Source: a virus. From it: a stretch of DNA of 64,000 nt. The position numbers and the translations under genes are program-made. How positions within the stretch are numbered: the first letter of the stretch is position 1; every line of letters starts with the position of its first letter. Under the pieces are notes generated by a model. The model was not told where the DNA came from and did not search any database. It was given only the letters and a program-made list of their open reading frames with translations. Below, in pieces: positions 56,569 to 64,000 of the stretch. Where the stretch lies: the IMG/VR virus record IMGVR_UViG_3300025876_000016. One strand, written 5' to 3'.

Positions 56569-56964
56569 TTATTTTTTCATTTGTTTTATTTGCAAATAAA
56601 GTATATAGTGAACGTAAAAAAGTATAGGTAAAATTAAAAATGACAAATAAGAAACCTTTTTTACTGCTCTATTTATTTTTGATGAATCATTATTTTGAAC
56701 AGATATATAAAATTGCCCAATAAAACCTATATATGGCTTCATTGAATCATTATCTCTCATTTTCTTCATAGAATTATCGTCATTCATTATCCCACCAAAC
56801 CAAGTAAGAACGTAAGGAATAAATGTTCGTATAAAATATGTTTTAGAAAAAAACATATACGTTACGCTAAATATAACAGCGATAATTAAATCATTTGAAA
56901 ACAAAAAGTGAAAAATGAATCCGAAAAAATAATAAATTAAAAATACAGGTATAACTACTTTCAT
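56569..56964 (-). CDS. Multi-pass membrane protein
   Basis: Three hydrophobic segments. Confidence 0.55.
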   Translation of the reverse strand: MKVVIPVFLIYYFFGFIFHFLFSNDLIIAVIFSVTYMFFSKTYFIRTFIPYVLTWFGGIMNDDNSMKKMRDNDSMKPYIGFIGQFYISVQNNDSSKINRAVKKVSYLSFLILPILFYVHYILYLQIKQMKK

Positions 56965-56984
56965 ATTGCTCGTTTAAAAATTAA

Positions 56985-57218
56985 TTATAAAAATTCTCTA
57001 TCACAAATTTCGCAAAAATTACTGAATACCATCTTATTTCTTGCACATTTACTATTAACGCAAAGATGAACACCATTATATATTCGATATTCAGAGTTCA
57101 TTCTTTCATCGTAACAACCTAAACAAATAAAAACATTAGGCTCACGAAAAAGTAATTTGTCGTGATACTTTTTCTTTAAAATGAACGGATTTTTACATTC
57201 AAAACACTCTTTTTCCAT
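56985..57218 (-). CDS. Small Cys-rich (Zn-finger-like) protein
   Basis: Several CxxC pairs. Confidence 0.55.
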   Translation of the reverse strand: MEKECFECKNPFILKKKYHDKLLFREPNVFICLGCYDERMNSEYRIYNGVHLCVNSKCARNKMVFSNFCEICDREFL

Positions 57219-57235
57219 AAGCCAAATCTACAAAA

Positions 57236-57700
57236 TTAAAACAAGGACATTTGGCTATCTCCATCTTCTTTTATAGAATCAGCATTATTTGATTTTACTT
57301 TTTTTATTTGATTAGTTTCTTTTTGAGTTTCAAAGTCTTTGTTAGGTTTTATAACATTATTGTTTTCTATACCTTCAATTACTTTAAAATCTATATCATT
57401 ATTCTTATTTTTGGCATAATTCTGCTTTTCAGGGGGTGGTGTTTTGCTCATAACTTTATTTTTAGGAATAGTTTGCATAGTTTTTTCCACCCCCTTATTT
57501 TTCATCAAAAGTTTTATAGCGTTTACAACTCTTTCGTAGTGAAGCATTTTAATATGTTTTGAGTTAGAAACACATTCCATTACGGAAATATGTGATTCAA
57601 AAAATTTATCTAAATCAAATATTGTAGAGCATTGATTTAATTTAAGTTCTTCAGGCATATCAAATTCTCTTACAAACTTTTTAATCTCTTGTAGTTTCAT
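57236..57700 (-). CDS. Hypothetical protein
   Basis: Folded N-domain, low-complexity C-tail ending QMSLF. Confidence 0.55.
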   Translation of the reverse strand: MKLQEIKKFVREFDMPEELKLNQCSTIFDLDKFFESHISVMECVSNSKHIKMLHYERVVNAIKLLMKNKGVEKTMQTIPKNKVMSKTPPPEKQNYAKNKNNDIDFKVIEGIENNNVIKPNKDFETQKETNQIKKVKSNNADSIKEDGDSQMSLF

Positions 57701-57811
57701 TTTTATATATTTGTATTATGTCAAGGATTTAATCCTATACATTGTGGTTTAAATGCAAGGGGGGTAAGTCGAGTTTAATAGTTATAACCTTCTTCAACTC
57801 CCCTTCATTTA

Positions 57812-58264
57812 TTACAAGTAAATATCTTTTATTTCATTAGAATATTTACAATCAGGGAATCCACTACACCCCATAAATTTATGTCCATAACGATTTTCTC
57901 TTTGCAATAACCAAAAATCACATTCAGGACAATAGCTTTTTTCCATTCGTTCTTCAACCAAATAAATTTCTTCTAATAATACTTCTTTCCAATCTTCATC
58001 TATATCAACTTCCGTAATGTTACCGAACATTAAGTCCGTTTGACAATCGTAGAGAAAAAAACTAAAATAGTTTTCGGTAGAAAAGCAACTATTTGTCATA
58101 TAATTTAATATAAATGGTGTTCTTATTACCATAAGAATAGTGCTATCTATAAATAAAGGTTTAGAATAAGCTATTGAGCCTTTTAGATAGTCTATTTTAG
58201 TTAAATGGGAATCGTAATGACCTAATTCTTTATTTAACCATATCTCAAAGTCTTTACGCTCCAT
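57812..58264 (-). CDS. Protein with topoisomerase-type C4 zinc ribbon
   Basis: CPEC..LL.R....G.KFMGCSGFPDCKY; start set at MERK. Confidence 0.7.
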   Translation of the reverse strand: MERKDFEIWLNKELGHYDSHLTKIDYLKGSIAYSKPLFIDSTILMVIRTPFILNYMTNSCFSTENYFSFFLYDCQTDLMFGNITEVDIDEDWKEVLLEEIYLVEERMEKSYCPECDFWLLQRENRYGHKFMGCSGFPDCKYSNEIKDIYL

Positions 58265-58532
58265 TGTCAGTAAAGAAATCATCGCAATAAATAGGTTGCT
58301 GAAGTCCATTCATTTCACCTTGCGTACCTTCAATGTTGTATGAGAAAAATTCAAGTGCATCAATTATAGTCATATTATCTCGTTGCATCATTATATCAAT
58401 AATCTTTTCTTTTGACATAATTAATCGCATTGTTAGACCTTCTAAACCTATGACTGCATCTTCAAATCCTGTTGGGTACAGAAAACCATATTCATCCCCA
58501 AATCTTTCTTCAATTTGTTCTAAAATATTCAT
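58254..58532 (-). CDS. Conserved phage hypothetical protein
   Basis: GFEDAVIG...M...DALEFF.YNI.G pattern. Confidence 0.6.
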   Translation of the reverse strand: MNILEQIEERFGDEYGFLYPTGFEDAVIGLEGLTMRLIMSKEKIIDIMMQRDNMTIIDALEFFSYNIEGTQGEMNGLQQPIYCDDFFTDNGA

Positions 58533-58557
58533 TTGCTCGTTTTTTAATTATTAATTA

Positions 58558-58866
58558 TTAAAAGGGTAATATATCTGACGACTTACATCCTAACCCCATA
58601 CATAGTCTGTAAATTGTATCAATTTGAAAAGCGTGTTTCCCTGCCTTTACTCTTGAAATTATTGTTGGGTTACTGAATCCACATTTTTCACCTAATTCAT
58701 TTGTGGATATTTTATTTAATTTTTGAATTGTTTTTACTTTAAAGCCGATATACTCATATAGATTCACCCAAATCTCTTGCTCATACCCATTTTTCTCAAA
58801 TGTTACTTTATATTGCCTTTTTCCATTTATATCAGCAATAGAGCCAACTATTTCTTTATTCTTCAT
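58558..58866 (-). CDS. XRE-family HTH protein
   Basis: ISTNELGEKCG...ISRVKAG...IDT.YRLC.GLGC...DIL. Confidence 0.7.
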   Translation of the reverse strand: MKNKEIVGSIADINGKRQYKVTFEKNGYEQEIWVNLYEYIGFKVKTIQKLNKISTNELGEKCGFSNPTIISRVKAGKHAFQIDTIYRLCMGLGCKSSDILPF

Positions 58867-58978
58867 ACTTATTTTGTAAATGTTATGATAAGATATTCAA
58901 CGCCTGAAATGATAATTAAGTGGAGATATGAAAACCTCTTATTAATTAATATTTCTACCGCATTATCAAAAAGTTTTT

Positions 58979-59182
58979 TCATAGATATTTATTGATTATT
59001 TTATGCCAAATAGTTTCGTGTGTGTAGTACAATATCATTTTGGTTATTAATTCTATACCACCTATTTTAACACCTGTATATGGATTCCCTGTTATTATCC
59101 AAGCGATAACAATAGTATCTAAAGTACCGACCAATCTCCAAGTAATCGTTTTGGCAATATGTATTTTTTGAATTGCTGACAT
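58979..59182 (-). CDS. DUF2061 small membrane protein
   Basis: KTITWR.VGTLDT....K..LYY.HE..W. Confidence 0.75.
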   Translation of the reverse strand: MSAIQKIHIAKTITWRLVGTLDTIVIAWIITGNPYTGVKIGGIELITKMILYYTHETIWHKIINKYL

Positions 59183-59191
59183 TGTGGATTA

Positions 59192-59199
59192 CAAATATA
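59192..59199 (-). promoter_or_regulatory. Putative -7 promoter box
   Basis: TATATTTG upstream of 59182. Confidence 0.5.
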
Positions 59200-59231
59200 G
59201 TATAAAAAACATAAATGTAATTTGTTTTAAT

Positions 59232-59271
59232 AAAAAAAAAGACCAAAGGTTCAGCCTACCAATGGTCTTTT
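59232..59271 (-). terminator. Intrinsic terminator
   Basis: AAAAGACCA/TGGTCTTTT stem with an A run on the plus strand (T run on minus). Confidence 0.65.
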
Positions 59272-59305
59272 CGAAATAAAAAAGAAACACAGTTCTTCTT
59301 TCAAA

Positions 59306-59881
59306 TTATGAAGGTATTGGAGTACCCCCCTTTTTTAGATATTCAGCATACCAATTTGTTGTGGTGTTATAATATTGCGGTTTATAGACACGGTTAAATT
59401 CTTTTTGTAAACTATTTATAAGTTTCTGACCGTATTCTTTAACTAAATTATCTTTTTCGTTTTTATAGAATTTATCTTTGTATTTGATAAAGTTTCTACT
59501 TAATAATATCCAAGTACCCTGTGTAGCACCTAAACTAAAGGGTTCTTTGTTTTTACAATTAATTATTTGAGCAGTTGATGTAGGACACATTACAAATTGT
59601 TCATTAGAGAAAATATCATATCCTTTTGCTAAATCCTTTTTTAATTCAACTACATTGGGATTCTTTTCTAATTCCTCAACTTTTATTATTGCTTGTTCAG
59701 GAGAAGAATTAGTTTCTTTTTTTATTTCCTCAATAATTTCTTCTTTTGCTGTTTCTTCAATTTGCTTAATTGATTTTGGGATTTCGTTTTTCTTTTTTCT
59801 TTTATATATAAAATAAGAAATGACACCAATCAATCCGATAGAGCCACCTACAATTAAACCTATTTTTAAATTACGATTCAT
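59306..59881 (-). CDS. N-terminally anchored protein
   Basis: TM + KRKKK. Confidence 0.65.
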   Translation of the reverse strand: MNRNLKIGLIVGGSIGLIGVISYFIYKRKKKNEIPKSIKQIEETAKEEIIEEIKKETNSSPEQAIIKVEELEKNPNVVELKKDLAKGYDIFSNEQFVMCPTSTAQIINCKNKEPFSLGATQGTWILLSRNFIKYKDKFYKNEKDNLVKEYGQKLINSLQKEFNRVYKPQYYNTTTNWYAEYLKKGGTPIPS

Positions 59882-60468
59882 TAAATTTTAAAAAGTTTGT
59901 CGTCAGCATTATAATAACCAACCGTAGAGCCGAAAATTTTAGATAACATATTTTTTACATCAATACCTTCATAAGTACCTTTCTCAACTTGGTATTTTTC
60001 AGTAAATTCACTTTCTTTAGGTACAATTTTAACTTTAGTTCCGTTTTTATTTAGCCACTTGCCTGAAGCTATCCATTCGGGTTCTCCCTTTTTCTTTGTA
60101 TCGTAATCATAAGGAGTGTAATATATTCTAAAATCACCATCTTCATACCAATAACCTGAAAGTCTTTCGGCTTGTTTAGGGTTATTCATATCAACAATTC
60201 CAAAATAATAATAAGGATAAATTTTTCCTGCTAATTTGTCGCCTTCTCCACTTGTTCTTGGTTCGCCTAATTTAACTTCAGGTGAAGGTAAATATTCAGG
60301 GAAATTCTTTTTTAAATCTCCCCATTCCTTAACAGTTTTACCTGCGATTTTTTCACTCTTATCTGTTACTTTAGTTCTATTTCTTCTTTTTATATAAAAG
60401 TATGTTCCCACACCAATAATTAATACAGCAGAAGTTATTAATAATATATTTCGTGTTTTTTTAGTCAT
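59881..60468 (-). CDS. N-terminally anchored protein
   Basis: Start set at MTKK; TM + KRRNR. Confidence 0.65.
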   Translation of the reverse strand: MTKKTRNILLITSAVLIIGVGTYFYIKRRNRTKVTDKSEKIAGKTVKEWGDLKKNFPEYLPSPEVKLGEPRTSGEGDKLAGKIYPYYYFGIVDMNNPKQAERLSGYWYEDGDFRIYYTPYDYDTKKKGEPEWIASGKWLNKNGTKVKIVPKESEFTEKYQVEKGTYEGIDVKNMLSKIFGSTVGYYNADDKLFKI

Positions 60469-60521
60469 ATCGAATAAATTAATATCAAAAGCGAAATTAA
60501 GAAAAAACGAGTACAATTCAT

Positions 60522-60529
60522 TATATTTG
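60522..60529 (+). promoter_or_regulatory. Putative -7 promoter box
   Basis: TATATTTG at the divergence point. Confidence 0.45.
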
Positions 60530-60796
60530 AATGTGTAATAATTAATGGTAAGAATAATATTTATTGTTAATGAAATTATTATATAATGAATAACGATAAT
60601 AAAAAATCATATAGAATAGAAAAAACTAAAGATAAATACAAGTTAAAAGTCATTGATAAACAACAAGATAAGCCTGTTTTTACGATAACATTTGTTGAGG
60701 AAATGTCTTTTGAAGAAAGAGAAGAAATAATCATTAAGATTAATTCTGTTTTAAATTAATTATTTTATCGTAATTTAGCACATTAAAGATTAACTT

Positions 60797-61249
60797 ATGG
60801 CATTAAGTAAAAAACAAAAAATAATTATAGGTGTAGTCGGTGTAGCAGTAGTCGGTGTCGCAGTATATTTTTTAACTCGCAAAAAACCTTCAGAAGATGA
60901 TGAAGTTTCGGATGATATGGTTGATGATGCGTTAAAAAGTGCTGAATCAGGTACGCTTACAGTAACACCTTCAAATTCTTGTTCAGGAAACATAATGGGT
61001 TATTTGTCTTATCGTGATGGCGGTAAACATCCTGTTCATTTTGGTTCACCAAGACCTTCAGGAGGTTCTTATAAAGCAGGTGATAAAGTAAAAATATCCA
61101 ACACTTCTTTTGATGGAGAATATACTGTTAGTTCAGTATGGAATGATGCAAATGGAAATGTAGGTGCTGTTTATTTACCAATTAGTTATACACCAACAGG
61201 AAAAACGGATAGGACTTTTGAAAATAAAGGTTGTATCACAAAAGTTTAA
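60797..61249 (+). CDS. Anchored protein, paralog 1 of a tandem beta-domain family
   Basis: TM; FDGEY.V...W.D.NGNVGAVY...DRTFENK. Confidence 0.7.
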   Translation: MALSKKQKIIIGVVGVAVVGVAVYFLTRKKPSEDDEVSDDMVDDALKSAESGTLTVTPSNSCSGNIMGYLSYRDGGKHPVHFGSPRPSGGSYKAGDKVKISNTSFDGEYTVSSVWNDANGNVGAVYLPISYTPTGKTDRTFENKGCITKV

Positions 61250-61251
61250 AT

Positions 61252-61839
61252 ATGAAATTGGATAAAAAAAAGATGATGATTATTGGTGGCGTATTAATCG
61301 CTGTCGGTGTAGGTGTTTATTTTTGGCGTAAAAGAAAAGCTGAAGAAGATGCTCTTGAAGATTTAGATGAAGATACATTAGTTGATGAAGAAGCTGAATC
61401 AGAAGAATTAAAGAAAAGCACAACAGCAACAGATGAAACAGATGCAAAAGATAAAATTGCTGAAATTAAGTCTAAACGACCATTATTATTTTCTCCAAAT
61501 AATAAAAGACCTTCAAATACAAAAGGGTGTCCACCAAAATCTGTAAGAATGGGTTATTTGCAAAGACCAAAAGACAGTCCATTGTTGTCTGTTCATATTG
61601 CAGGTGAGGATAGACCAAAAGCAAGAAGTATTTTAAGGTCAGGCTATACAATTAAAATAACAGGTACGTCTAAATTTGATGGAAACCATAGAGTTTTTAA
61701 AACTTGGAGTGATAAAAACGGAAATATTGGGGCTGTTTATATAATGGTAAAACCGCAAAAATACGCATCAACAGAAACCGCAGATAGGACTTTTGAAAAT
61801 AAAGCCTGTATTTCGCTTGTTCGAAAAAGTCTTATATGA
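61252..61839 (+). CDS. Anchored protein, paralog 2
   Basis: ATG at 61252; FDGN..V...W.DKNGNIGAVY...DRTFENK. Confidence 0.7.
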   Translation: MKLDKKKMMIIGGVLIAVGVGVYFWRKRKAEEDALEDLDEDTLVDEEAESEELKKSTTATDETDAKDKIAEIKSKRPLLFSPNNKRPSNTKGCPPKSVRMGYLQRPKDSPLLSVHIAGEDRPKARSILRSGYTIKITGTSKFDGNHRVFKTWSDKNGNIGAVYIMVKPQKYASTETADRTFENKACISLVRKSLI

Positions 61840-62360
61840 AAAAGGGAGCAAAAATAGGAATTGGAATAGGAGTAGTTGTCGCATTAGGTGTTGCTTCATA
61901 CTTTTTGTTTTTTAGAAAAGATAAACCTAAAAAATCTGATTCTGATTCTGATTCTGATTCTGATTCTGATTCTGATTCTGATTCTGATAGTTTTAAAGAA
62001 ACTATATATCAAGGCAAAATAACTCATAGAGTTTTGGAAGGGGCTAAATGGATGGGGGGGTTTAGCGATAAAGAAAGTTATATTAAATTCACACCTTCTT
62101 CAAAAGCTAAAATTAATAAAGGAGATATTGCACTTATTTCTGATACGAATAAAGAATTAGATGGTGAATATCCTGTTCTTGGAGTTTATAAAAAGGACAA
62201 TGGAACTATAACTGCGGTAAAACTTGCGATTAATAAAAATTACCAACCTGTTTTTGTTGGAGATAAACAAAAAGATGAAACATTTAGTGGTTTTGGAAAA
62301 ATAAAAATATACAAAGAATCTAAATCCGACATTGGGGGATGTGGGTGTGGTGCTGTTTAA
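61836..62360 (+). CDS. Anchored protein, paralog 3, with Ser-Asp repeat stalk
   Basis: (SD)9; LDGEY.V....DNG.I.AV...DETF; ends GGCGCGAV. Confidence 0.7.
   Translation: MKKGAKIGIGIGVVVALGVASYFLFFRKDKPKKSDSDSDSDSDSDSDSDSDSFKETIYQGKITHRVLEGAKWMGGFSDKESYIKFTPSSKAKINKGDIALISDTNKELDGEYPVLGVYKKDNGTITAVKLAINKNYQPVFVGDKQKDETFSGFGKIKIYKESKSDIGGCGCGAV
61935..61988 (+). repeat. (TCTGAT)9 perfect microsatellite
   Basis: Counted nine in-frame copies. Confidence 0.95.
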
Positions 62361-62362
62361 GT

Positions 62363-62470
62363 ATGGATGATAGTAATAAAATATCTTTGGTTATTTTAAT
62401 AATTGCGATTGGCGGTTTGCTTGTTGCTTTTAATATGCCAAAACCAAAAGAAGAACAAACAATTAAATAA
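62363..62470 (+). CDS. Small membrane protein (35 aa, not in ORF track)
   Basis: MDDSNKISLVILIIAIGGLLVAF... Confidence 0.5.
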   Translation: MDDSNKISLVILIIAIGGLLVAFNMPKPKEEQTIK

Positions 62471-62478
62471 AAAAGAAT

Positions 62479-62607
62479 ATGAAAAAAATTTTAGACATTG
62501 TAAAAAGTAAAAACTTCCTTATAGGAGTTGCGGTTGGTGTAGCAGGTTTATATGCTTATAATAAATATGCAAATAAAGATTCAGCTACAATTACTATTAA
62601 GTCATAA
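62479..62607 (+). CDS. Small membrane protein (42 aa), paralog of the 20698 N-terminus
   Basis: KSKNFLIGVAVGVAGLYAYNKY vs KSKQFLMGLGIGFAGYWAYNKY. Confidence 0.65.
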   Translation: MKKILDIVKSKNFLIGVAVGVAGLYAYNKYANKDSATITIKS

Positions 62608-62633
62608 AGATTAATATTCTCTTTACAGGCTTA

Positions 62634-63167
62634 ATGCTGAAAATTAAAAAATATTTGAACATTCCATATAACGATGATATTAATTATCAACGTGCAGAAT
62701 TGATTTATTTAAAATCTTTGCCTAAAGATAAAATTTGGGCTGATAATGGTGATAATATACGTCAATATTATTACGACTATTTAGCTTCACAAAATAAAAC
62801 TTTAAGTGATGAACAAAAACTCAAAATAAAAATTTTTAGCAAAGGTCTTGTAAAACCTATAATGGCTTTAAAGAATCATTATAATCGACAAAGACCTTAT
62901 CAATTAGCGAAGAAATTAAATATGAGTTTTAAATTTGTACCTTTAGAAAGTGCAAAAACACCTGCATATCCTTCAGGACATTCAACACAGGCTGTATTTT
63001 TATCAAATATTATTGCAGACTATTTTCCTGAATTAAAAAATGATTTGAAATATGTTGCTAACGATATTTGTTTCTCACGTTTAATTGCAGGGGTACATTT
63101 TCCTTCAGATGATGTATTTGGAAGATATTTAGGCACAGAATTTTATAATCAAATAAAAAGAAAATAA
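62634..63167 (+). CDS. PAP2/acid phosphatase superfamily protein
   Basis: K..YNRQRP, YPSGH, SRL.AGVHF.SD. Confidence 0.85.
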   Translation: MLKIKKYLNIPYNDDINYQRAELIYLKSLPKDKIWADNGDNIRQYYYDYLASQNKTLSDEQKLKIKIFSKGLVKPIMALKNHYNRQRPYQLAKKLNMSFKFVPLESAKTPAYPSGHSTQAVFLSNIIADYFPELKNDLKYVANDICFSRLIAGVHFPSDDVFGRYLGTEFYNQIKRK

Positions 63168-63169
63168 AG

Positions 63170-63595
63170 ATGGACAAAAAAGATTTAGCGAGTAAAATGA
63201 CACCTTCTCAAAAAGCAAGATATATGAACATTACTTATCTCGCAGGGTCAGTTGCATTAGTCGGTTCAATAGGTGCTGTAATATATGCCAAGAAAACAGG
63301 TGGTGGTTTTTGGAGATATGTGGGTTATTGGATTGCAGGTGGATTAGTAGTAGGAATACCTGCAAGATTAGTGGCACTTCCTTTTCAAAATAAAATTTTG
63401 AGGGAAGTAGGAAATAATCCTGATGTAGAAACAAAATTAAGCAAATATTCACCAAGCGACATTTTAAAAAAAGCAGAAGAAGTTTGTGAAGCACAATATG
63501 AAGAATGTTTAAAAAAACAAACAAAAGGTGATTTTGGAAATTGTGGAAATTTGTTACAGCCCTGTAAAGATGCTTTCGTGAAGAAAAATAGTTAG
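63170..63595 (+). CDS. Two-TM protein with Cys-containing C-tail
   Basis: TM hairpin; four Cys. Confidence 0.65.
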   Translation: MDKKDLASKMTPSQKARYMNITYLAGSVALVGSIGAVIYAKKTGGGFWRYVGYWIAGGLVVGIPARLVALPFQNKILREVGNNPDVETKLSKYSPSDILKKAEEVCEAQYEECLKKQTKGDFGNCGNLLQPCKDAFVKKNS

Positions 63596-63622
63596 AATGT
63601 GCTGTAAAATAAAAATAATAAT

Positions 63623-64000
63623 ATGTCAATAACGCAACAAGGTTGGAGAGCAGGTACATCATCAGGTGGTGGTGGTGGCTCTGATGAAAAAGTAAAAATA
63701 TCATCAGCAGATACAACAACTGATTTTTTAGAAAATAAATTAGTTGCAGGTGCTAATATTACCCTAACCAAAGTAAATGCAGGTGGAAATGAACAAATTG
63801 AAGTTATAGCATCAGGTGGTGGTGGTGGAATTACATCATTAACTATTGAAAATACTGTATATGTTTCTAAAAATGGTAATGATGGAACAGGGGTTCGAAA
63901 TGATATGTCCAAACCTTTTTTGACTATTGCAGGTGCTAACACAGTTGCACAGGCAGGAGATTGTGTTTACGTTTTTTCAGGTTCTTATTCTGAAACAGGA
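63623..64000 (+). CDS. Truncated spike/fibre protein starting a pectin-lyase-like beta-helix
   Basis: Open to the window end; VYVSKNGND.TG...PFLTI..A...A..GD.VYV..G.Y.E. Confidence 0.65.
   Translation, partial: MSITQQGWRAGTSSGGGGGSDEKVKISSADTTTDFLENKLVAGANITLTKVNAGGNEQIEVIASGGGGGITSLTIENTVYVSKNGNDGTGVRNDMSKPFLTIAGANTVAQAGDCVYVFSGSYSETG

Noticed and set aside
1-64000. Eukaryotic giant virus
   Set aside because: AT-hook, gmd/fcl and DUF5754-like genes are suggestive, but PG hydrolases, OmpA, RecT, coupled operons and bacterial promoters and terminators indicate a bacterial host.
1-64000. Stop-codon reassignment
   Set aside because: Recognisable genes are full length under the standard code and coding density is high.
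1-64000. Diversity-generating retroelement or retron
   Set aside because: No reverse transcriptase motif and no template/variable repeat pair seen; the duplicated segments are membrane anchors.

Overview
AT-rich, gene-dense, bacteriophage-like DNA. The host is probably Bacteroidota: TAnnTTTG promoter boxes sit upstream of genes, and A-rich leaders lack Shine-Dalgarno sites. Layout: (1) 149-4884 glycan-modification cluster (glycosyltransferases, methyltransferases, sulfotransferase). (2) 5106-33124 and 59306-64000 putative virion/lysis modules: about 50 small or medium proteins with terminal membrane anchors, three genes sharing a beta-rich jelly-roll-like domain (candidate capsid family), an HExxH metalloprotease, a multi-AT-hook DNA-binding protein, an OmpA-like protein, four peptidoglycan hydrolases and a truncated beta-helix spike. 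(3) 33190-59182 a minus-strand early/replication arm: initiator, RecT plus Cas4-like exonuclease, UvrD-like helicase, a miniature PolB-like protein, gmd/fcl, tRNA-Arg(UCU), two tRNA-like elements, a repeat-rich ~1.1 kb noncoding region and a family of GC hairpins. I recognised no HK97 capsid, portal, terminase or tail genes in the window. Best working hypothesis (inference, no searches run): a large tailless, membrane-containing virus whose structural proteins share a short motif (aromatic/S-S-N/S/G-F/A-D/N/E-G) that may be a maturation cleavage site.
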